64,000 bases of DNA from Orbicella franksi (Eukaryota). A program made the position numbers and the translations under genes. Where the stretch lies: NCBI GenBank assembly GCA_964199315.1, contig OZ116707.1, forward strand, positions 1,364,001 to 1,428,000, in the 5' to 3' direction. Below are positions 54,801 to 64,000 of this stretch, one piece after another (position 1 is the first letter of the stretch; each line of letters opens with the position of its first letter). Below the pieces are notes generated by a model. That model was not told the DNA's origin. It saw only the letters and a list, made by a program, of their open reading frames with translations, and did not search any database.

Positions 54801-57800
54801 TTGAAACACCGTTTGGCCCAAATTGAAATGTTTGATAAGACATGTTTTCCTATGGAAGGTCACACTTGTTTAAGACAATATGTTGCCTAAAGATCTTAAC
54901 AAAAGCACACATTCTAAGCTCCTCTTTCTAACAGCTCACAACATCACCTTGTAGCATATGATGGAGACAACTGCCTCGTGTACGGAAATATAGTGCAATA
55001 CTGTTTACTAACCTCTTCCACAACAGTTGTCTTCTGCTCCATCCTGAAAAGATATCTTTGTTTTAGTTCTTCAGTGCACTTAGTTAATTATTTAGTTACT
55101 CATCCCCTAATTGTAGATAACTGTTCTTGCCCGTTGCTGGTTGTAATATTGTGCTACACTTAGTACTTCTACAAAACAGTAATCCCTTGCCTTTACTCGA
55201 ATTGCTATTAGAAGATCTTGCACACTATAGGGAATGTTTTTTATTTTAGTGAAACAGTATCGACAAAATGTTTCTCAATAAATTGAAATTAATAAAAGCA
55301 CTTTTTATTTTCTGTTCTATTTTGCCATGTACAGAATCGCATATTTTTGGCCTTTTCTTAGGGTTAGTTTGGGCAGGTTCATCATTGTTAACCGGAATTA
55401 CCACTTACTCCCTCTTCTCCTCCTCTTCTAATGTCAAACCCTCCATTCTGAAAAGAAATGTTTGTTTTAGTTCTTCATTGCACTTAGTTATTAATTTAGT
55501 TACTCATTGCCTAGAGTCAATTTTGGAGTCAATTTTGTAAATGGCTACTGGGACATTACTTTAAGAGCACACTATCGGGTTTAGTATTTCTTTGCTTGTA
55601 GCATAGGTAGAATTATCCCACAGAGCAAAGAGTTTTGTCTGAAGATCTTTTTTCTCTCTCTGCTGTATACACCAAAACTTCTCATGAACAAGATTCTTTC
55701 TTTGTAGGGCCAGCGCAAAAATTCCAACATTGCACATATTGAGGGGTTGTTCAGATAGTTATGTACAACACCTAAACTCAATTGACAATTTTGTAACATT
55801 AGCTTTTAAGTTAACAAACAACAATGACAAATAGAGTTACCGGTCACCAGGTTACTTCAAAGTTATCAGTTACGATTAATCGGGTTACCGAAAAAAAGTG
55901 ATTGGTTGCTATAGTCTGCATTTCGTTGAACTTAAACCGGGATAAAAGGTTACCATGGCACAAACAAGTGTATAATCTTTTACTGGACATTGTGAATTGT
56001 ACCTACAGTTCGATACAGTTGTATTACCAGAGCGTATTTCTACTTTTTCGTAACATGCTTCTGCTATACCACATCAGTGGAGTTTGCAAGGAAGTAATTG
56101 ACGCCTCAACCATGGCCTTAACAGGAAGCGCCCGTTCAGCTTAGAAGGAAAAATTTTTATCAACCTCCGCAAAGCACAGAAGCATATGTCAAAGGGAAGT
56201 GGCAATTGATTAAAGTGACAAGAAATGCAGATCAATGAATGAATCTGTGAACACTGTTAATTACATTTTTCAAACCTAACAGCTGTACACCAAGAGTTTT
56301 TCCCAATCCCTTTATGCCATAATCCACGTTTCTCTTTCTATAAAGATGCCCTGAAGACCTTTTTTTGTGGTCATAAATCAAATAATAGGCAAACTTCTCA
56401 GTATTCCATCATATCACTCACAACACTGCGTGAATTCACTATTTCTTCACATTCTGCCAATGATTAAATAGAGCCCATATTTTCGGGAAGAAAAATAAGG
56501 GGGTCCAGATTGAGGGGTCCACATTTTTTACCAACCTCATCTGCATAGTCTGAAAGAAACAATACTAGGTTGGTGGAGCATCCACCAGGCACATGGGAAG
56601 TTTGTTGGTTTAGTTCCATCAATTGCTTTCACGTGTAGTGAAAAACACGGCCAAGTGTTGATTAGAGTCAAACTGTTGCGATGCTTGGGCTCGCTCTTGG
56701 CTTATCGGAGCACACTCGTGGAGTGGAACACACTCAACTGCTGTACAATCTACTGAATCTCCTTTATCGCTTGAATCAATGTATTTATATACATGATGGT
56801 AGATAACTAATATGTGATAGAAAATACAGAAGATACAAGGAGTTTCCTTTGGGATAAACAACTTAATTACGACATAACCACAATTTCACAGATATGAGTG
56901 ATTACTTACGTAAATCCTGTGGAACTAAGCGTTTAAGCGAGCAGAATCCTACGCTGAAACTTGTTGCTAGAAGGAACTAGCCTTCCTACGTGTTTAAAGA
57001 CGGAAAACACGAACTATATTCTGCGACACGTACTCAAATAGTTTCAAGCTTACTTAAACAAAGGATCATACAAAGATCATATTATCGGTTATTATTGTGT
57101 AATCAATGTTGTTCTAAAATTATATGTCACGCTTTGTCACGCTTTCGTAGACTTTACTACACACATTTTGAATAACAGCATTAACAATACAGCTCTCATA
57201 CACCTTAACACTTACTGTCCGCATACTTGAAAGTTGTATTTTTCTAGGGGTCACGAAGGTCACGTGACCTGAATTTTCCCACCAATTCCTACACTTATGC
57301 AAGGAAATGATAAATGGCATAGAAAGACAGAACAAAGGTTGAGAAATTTATACTTTTGAGTTTTGTTTATTGCATTCCATCCCTTACCCCATACTTTCTT
57401 GGAAATTGCATGTTTCTGAAGATCCATAATTTCCTGGTGTAGCACATTCATGATGTCATATCACAATTTGCTTCTTTGATTCCAGAAAGTTAAGTGCTTT
57501 ATTTCAGGCATGCAATACTGATTTTGCCTGACAAAGCCTACAAATTCTGTTACAAAATGCTCATAAGACCTGCTTGTAATGACAACATGTTTCCCATGAA
57601 GAAATCCCTGTTCAGTGCAGCTTTGATTTATTCAATTATCATCCTCAAACAATTTTGGCGTATCATCTCAACAAATCGAGCGCTCCTTCGCGTTATGTTT
57701 TGTCATTGCACAGTTTAGTGTATCGGAAGTGTTACCCTTTTTAAACTCGTAGATACGCAAAGCGAAGAAACGTTTTTCTTGCGGGGACTCCGATATGCAA

Positions 57801-60369
57801 ATGTGTCACTCACCCACTTAGGTGTAGACACTGTTTGTAATTAGTTGGCCCAAACGAGAGCACCTGAGGCGGACACCATGTTGGAATAGTATCAGAGCCC
57901 AACGCCATATTGGAATAGTAACCGTGCAGTCAGCGTGAGCCTCGCTATCGTGTTTGCGCGGTTACTGCTCAAAGGATGCATTGTGCCAGCCGGAATTGAT
58001 GATTTTGTAACTTTTACACGACCATTAATGTTAGGTGTTTTGCTAAGTTGAAGTGGAGTTGACTTTGAATGTTCGAATTAGTACTATGGCCAACTTGAGC
58101 GCTGAATTTCATGAGCATTTGACTTGTCCAGGCGTTCAAAATAACCAGGAGATGAGCATTTGTTTGCTGGAAAGTGACCTACTAATGTGGTAAGCTTTGA
58201 TGAGAATGTGTCTTATTCGAGGACCTTAATAAACATATATGAGCAAAACGAACACTTCTCAGTCAACGAAACCAGGACAAACATTGGCACCATCATATAA
58301 TATTGTAATTTCATTTTATAATTAGTAACATCTAAACCTGAGGCCAGCTGAAATATTGTTTTGAATATTCCTTGTGTCAGCCTTGCACTAGTCTTTGACT
58401 TATTATCGTTTTACTTTTCAAGTTTGGCTGATTAGATCTCCTGTGAGATCCAAATTTCAATCAATTGAGTAGTCCACGTTCAACCGACATCGAGTTAAGT
58501 TTAGATTAAAGTTGTGTTCTCTATACTTGTCTTGTTTATTGTAGTATATTGATCTGAACTCTGAGTGGGATGTGAAATGCACATAAACTTGGAAAAAAAT
58601 TCCCAAATACTTGATTTTGATAAGCTTAAATGATTTTTACCTTGTCTTGTGTTTACACTTTTGCTTCCTGATTGAAAAGATAACAAAGGGAAAGAAAACC
58701 CTCTGTGAACTCGTAGGAGCACATATTTATGGGTGGACAGATTTTTTGGATCAACACTAAAAATGCTTGCAAATGAGGCTACTTATTTTGATGTACTTTA
58801 CATGCAATATATATAGAGACAAGCGGTTCTACATTGGAGAAGAAGTGCTGTCTCATAAGAAACCTTACCTATACCCTTGAGTGAAATGCAATGAAAAAGG
58901 TCTGTAAGCTCATACAACTTGAATACTTTTAAATTTCCCCAGCAGGTAGACAAACATCAACATCAAGATCTGGGTGTGTGTGTGTAGAGGGGGGGAGGGG
59001 AGAGTACTCTATGATTTCTTTGGGACAAGTGTCCTCTGTGACCCAAGAACCCTTAGCCTTTACCACTCTCTGTTCAGCTGCAATTTTGCCTCCCTAGCTA
59101 TTCTGTAATATGTGTGCAACAAAAGCCAATGAAAAAAGCCTACGCTCTGTGAGATAAGTGCGACCTTGCATGGTACGAACGCGGCTTGTTTTAACAGCCT
59201 TTAAAAATACACCAGTAATTGCAAGTTCACCAACATGTTTCATCTCTAGATTACTTAATCCACAAGTTTGACAATAGGTCTCCTTTGATTGTAAGTCCGC
59301 TCTACTTGTTTGATTTCATTGAAATCTAATTGAAACCGACTAAGAGCGGTTTACCGGTGAGCTCCTCGCAGTGTGATTATCGATCGACTTTCATCTCGAT
59401 CTGAAATAATTGCTGACACTTTCCACACTACTTATACTAGCACATAACAATCAATTCAGCTATTTTCCTTCTTGCAATGACAATTTGTTCAGCCTATCAA
59501 AAACTACACAATATTTTATAAGGTGCAGATTAACTAGCCACTCACCTTTTGACAACAACATCCATGTTTAACACTCTGCACAGAGCTCAGCTATTTTACA
59601 ATTATATTTTTGGATGTTGTTATTGACAGGGATCAATTTCATATCAGATTTTTTGGTTGATGCCTCATTAGAACTTGTCTCCAAAGTCAACTGCCTGCAG
59701 ATATCTCTAGCCAGAGAAATGTTGTTCATTCTTTTAAAATTAAGTTGACAGTTAATGGAACGTTATAAAAGCTAGCTTGCGCAGGAATTGATCTTAAAAA
59801 TAAGTTGAAAACAAGCCCACTAATTCAATTTGAGAAAGTATTAAAAAGCTTTTAGTTTTGGCAACAACCCCTTGAAGTTTAGATGTACTATTCGTTATGC
59901 AAATTATCCAAACAAGAAAATAACCTAAAGTCCCTATTTAATAGCAGCTGTTTAAAAGGATTAAGCCATAATTATCTGCACATAATGACCAAATGATACT
60001 GTGGCGAGCAGGTGTTCCTTTTGGTGATGATGGTTAGATTACGTAAAGAAACACAGAAGTACATAGTTTAAAGGCCCACCGCCGGAGTTTCCCCGCCTTT
60101 CAGTTAGTGTATTTTAACTTACACAGAAGGGGACAAACTTTAACAAAGAATCGTTAGAAATCCATATCTCAACTGTTTGGCCAAAGTTTCATTACAATTT
60201 GTTTTTAAGCCCTGTGAAATCTGTTTAACAATAACTCAGCTAATCAGTGAGGGCTATAACTCTTTGCACAGTTGATATTTCAAGTGTTCTCCGGATTGAA
60301 TCCATTTTCAGTGGCAGCTTCTATGGTATAATAAAACCCTTTCAAAGACTCTGCAACTTAAGTTGAGGT

Positions 60370-61128
60370 TTAAAAGTAGATGAGTAACCAGGATAAGACA
60401 TTTGGAAAAATAGAAAAACGATCTCTGGTTAAGAACTGGTAGGAATGTTCTTTGGATGGGCTGATTCTTCTGACTTACACTTTGGCTTCACAGTTTTACC
60501 TTACACCAAAGGCCTAACTAAACCTCTCCCAAGACTTCTAAGAAACAATGGAATACAAACTACAAGCAGACCCCTTAAGACATTACAACAAGAGTTTGTT
60601 TCTCCGAAATCAAGACCACCTGCGGAACTACAAACAAATGTCGTTTACAAGATCCCATGTGCCGATTGTCCGTGGAGTTATATCGGCAAGACTGGTAGAT
60701 GTTTACAAACAAGGAAGAAAGAACATATTAGAAACACAAAAACCTTTAAAAAAGGTTCCAACATTGCTTCACATGCCTGGGTGAACGACCATTCCATTGA
60801 CTTTCACAATGCACGTGTGATTGACAAGGAAAATTTCCATGTTAGAAAAACTTTGGAATCCTGGCACACAGTAATTACGAACCATGCTGACAATAATGCG
60901 AAACAATTACCAAGACAATATTCAATTTTATTTTGAACTTCACATTAGCATTTTTACTCGCATACAAGCATTTTTATTGTTTTTATTATAATTTTGTTTT
61001 TTCACACTTTTCTTAGTATATATTTTAACATTCGCACTTTCTATTACTCGTTAAAGACTACAGACTGGTAGTCGAAAGCTTGTTTTAAACAAATTTTTAA
61101 CCAGAGATAGTTTTTCTATTTTTCCAAA
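60370..61128 (+). mobile_element. Penelope-like element fragment (GIY-YIG endonuclease ORF 60445-60936)
   Basis: LPYTKG, NVVYKIPC.DC..SYIGKTGR.L..R.KEH; inverted repeats about 60401-60436 / 61094-61129; direct repeat TTAAGTTGAGGT at 60358 and 61129. Confidence 0.85.
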
Positions 61129-61170
61129 TTAAGTTGAGGTGTTGACCTTATCACTTGCGCTGCTCTCTGC

Positions 61171-63863
61171 AATTGAAAGGCCGTGTGCAAGAACGTCCCC
61201 TAGATTTTTTTGGCCATTTTGAAAGTGTTCAAAAATAGCTGAATTTTGGCATGTAGGCTTCGTTGTACCTGAGAAACATTGCTCTGAATTTTTTTTGGCT
61301 GGGGCGTTCTTCATTCTCGAGAAATAACGTATGCATAAAGCTCAGTTTTCCAAGCGGCATCTTTTGGAGATCTTTTGTTGAACAAAAAACAAAAGAAACC
61401 TTATTATTTTGTTGAACAGCAAACAGGCAGACTGTTTATAGTGTATTCCACTGAATCTTAGCTGTCTTAAAGTCAAAGGAAAATAGTATATAGAGCGGAA
61501 ATCTGGGAACAGATTGTTTACATCGGTTATTGTGACGTAAACACAACACGTGAATCGATCGAGCGGCAAACGAAATACCATCGAACGAAAAAGAGATGTG
61601 CCGCATTAGAGCTCTGTCAACTAATATCTTAAGCATAGTGTTAAAGTACTTTGTGTGCCTGCCTGGTGGTTGAGAGGCATCATAAAGCCTCAATAAACCT
61701 GTAAGTCATCAGCACGTTTTAAAGAATCAAAATGTGTTCTGAAACTTCGAAGGTAGCTGATATACCGTAATCGTGTTATCGGCGTTCGAAGTCAGATCGA
61801 GCCAGGCAGCAAAGTCCAAGAGCAGTTCTTGCCCAGGAAAAATACCCTCTCGTGAGTTGTGGCCCATTTGCCAAGCGTTGCTAGTGTCAAAGTTTGGAAA
61901 GCGAGAACTGGTTTTTGACTTATAAAATTTGTCTTGTATCGACTGCCATGTTTTCCCACGCACGAGGTGTAAAGACCCTTCCCGGCATGCATTGCGATCA
62001 CGTTCTGCTCGCGTTTCTCGAACTGGTAACTAGATTGTTTCGGCTTTTTTCATTTAAAGGTAATAATGGCCAACAAGTACCGATCGATTGTAACATAGAT
62101 CTGTGATCCAGGTTGCGTTGATTTTATTTCATATCGGCATGATTTGTAGTGTTTTGAACTTCTGGGATCAGCGGACATGCAGATGTATGGAGACCCGTAC
62201 GTTGCGCAGAAGGGTTAATTTGTTAATCTGTTAGGCGGTGCGTGACATAAAGCTACGATCGTGTTTGTCGAAAAATATGTATTTATCTTGTGATTTTTAG
62301 CCATTTAAGGTGTTGCTGTATTTGGAAAAGTGCTTATTTGATGTTTATTCGTTCAGTGCAGATAATCATTGTCCCAGATAACCAAAGTAAGTTCTAGATG
62401 TTAACACTATTTTCCGGCCGCCATATTTTACCTATTTAAACCTGAAATCAACATTTTTGAGCTTATACGTTGCGTGAAATCAACATTTTACTGTTTTCTA
62501 AGTGAAATCAACATCCCTTCCATCACGCGTTACGTGAAATCAACATTTTTACGTATTTAGACCTGAAATTAACAATTTTTAGCTTATAAGTTGCGTGAAG
62601 TTAACATTTTGCTGTTTTCTAAGTGAAATCAACATCCTTGCCATCACGCATTAACGTGAAATCAGCATTTTTACCTATTTAGACCTGAAATCAACATTTT
62701 TGAGCTTATATGCTGCGTGAAATTAACATTTTGCTGTTTTCTAAGTGAAATCAACATCCTTGCCGTCACGCGTTAATGTGAAATCAGCAGTTTTACCTAT
62801 TTAGACCTGAAATCAACAAATTTGAGCTTATACGCTGCGTGAAATTAACATTTTGCTGTTTTCTAAGTGAAATCAACATCCTTGCCGTCACGCGTTAACA
62901 TAAAATCAGCATTTTTACCTATTTAGACCTGAAATTAACATTTTTGAGCTTATACGTCGCGTGAAATTAACATTTTGCTGTTTTCTAAGAGAAATCAACA
63001 TCCTTGCCGTCACGCGTTAACGTGAAATCAGCATTTTTACCTATTTAGACCTGAAATAAACATTTTTGAGTTTATACGCTGCGTAAAATTAACATTTTGC
63101 TGTTTTCTAAGTGAAATCAACATCCCTACTGTCACGGGTTAACGTGAAATCAACATTTAAACCTTTTGACCTAAAATCGGCATTTTTGAGCTTTTACGTT
63201 GCGTAAAATTGACATTTTGCTGCTTTCTAAGAGAAATCAACATCCTTGCCATTGCGCATTAACATGAGTCAACATTTTAAGCACTTTTGACCTGAAATCA
63301 ACAAATTTGAGCTTATATAAGCTGCGTGCAATTGACATTTTGTTGGTTTCTAAGTGAAATCAAAGTTCTTGTGGTCGTGGCGGGCCGATCCTTTGTTAGA
63401 AGAAACCGAGGCGAGACTTCCACTTATAACAAAGGCGTGGCTTGGCTATTATAACAAAGGATCGGCTCTGTTTATCATAACAAAGGCCTGGCTTCGTTTA
63501 TTTGAAGGACTCGGCAGGAAAAGGGCGTCAGGTATTTTAATCAAAGGTGAACTTTGTCGAAAACGCTCCAAATTTTGCATGCAGTTTCGTTCAGGTATGT
63601 TAAGCAATGTCCCGTAGTTTTCGCGCTAAAGTTTGCTTCGTTCTCGAGATATTATGTATGCAATAAACCACTTGCTTTTTCCAACCTGTGTGCCTTTTTT
63701 GCATACATTATTTCTCGAGAATGAAAAGCAACCCAGCAAAAAAACTTCAGAGCAATGTTTCTCAGGTGAAACGAAGCCCACATGCCAAAATTCAGCTAGT
63801 TTTAAGCACTTTAAAAAATGGCCGAAAAATCTAGGGGACGTTCTTGCACGCGGCCTTTCAATT
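61171..63863. mobile_element. Foldback-like element: ~170-bp inverted repeats (61171-61340 / 63697-63863)
   Basis: AATTGAAAGGCCG..GCAAGAACGTCCCCTAGATTTTT.. mirrored at the right end; outer termini and TSD not found. Confidence 0.65.
62427..63365 (+). repeat. Tandem satellite, ~120-bp unit, about 8 copies, built from four ~30-bp subunits
   Basis: Recurrent TGAAAT(C/T)AACAT core; units start with CCTATTTAGACCTGAAAT. Confidence 0.9.
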
Positions 63864-64000
63864 ATCTTAAATTTCAGTCGGAATTTGTTAAGTTCACACA
63901 GACAGTGCACTTGTCTTATCACCATCACGCTAATTAGAATACTCTGTAAGAAGTGTCTTAACTGCAATCTTTATCTACTATGCCGCTGTTTGCATTCCGT

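Larger units (their letters stand above)
47011..54863 (-). mobile_element. Sola-like DDD DNA transposon (about 7.85 kb) with TIRs and subterminal minisatellites
   Basis: GTGACCTTCCATAGGAAAACACGTCTTAT (47011) vs ATAAGACATGTTTTCCTATGGAAGGTCAC (ends 54863); 4-bp flanks ATTT/ACTT (one mismatch). Confidence 0.75.

Noticed and set aside
62427-63365. Regularly spaced ~30-bp motif resembling a CRISPR array
   Set aside because: The intervening sequences repeat every fourth subunit (tandem satellite); there are no unique spacers or cas genes, and the context is eukaryotic.

Overview
AT-rich eukaryotic DNA (TE families suggest a cnidarian/coral; inference) made almost entirely of nested mobile elements, with no clear host gene. 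The centrepiece is a complete 22,790-bp Polinton/Maverick (adintovirus-like endogenous virus) at 13111-35900: AGTAGT...ACTACT termini, 247/235-bp TIRs and a perfect 6-bp TSD (TATTGG). It encodes a protein-primed PolB with Zn-finger and VSR-like inserts, an rve integrase with chromodomain, two tandem pentons, a major capsid protein, adenain protease, packaging ATPase, a parvovirus-type PLA2 and small basic core proteins. Many genes are disabled by TGA/TAG stops and frameshifts. Its cargo is unusual: two Pol III tRNA-like genes (Met-CAT with an initiator-type anticodon arm; His-GTG), three tandem F-box-like paralogs, two RING proteins (one with a death-domain-like region, one visible only after repairing a frameshift and two stops), a protein with histone H3-tail-like motifs, a DEDD-like exonuclease and a GRF zinc-finger protein. 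The flanks hold a Harbinger element (TIRs, TTA TSD), an ISL2EU-like element, an AcademH-like RecQ helicase remnant, AT-rich virus-like remnants, L2, RTE and Penelope retroelements, a Mutator-like transposase, a Sola-like element, MITEs and a ~120-bp satellite between long inverted repeats. All family assignments come from motif recognition by eye, not database searches.
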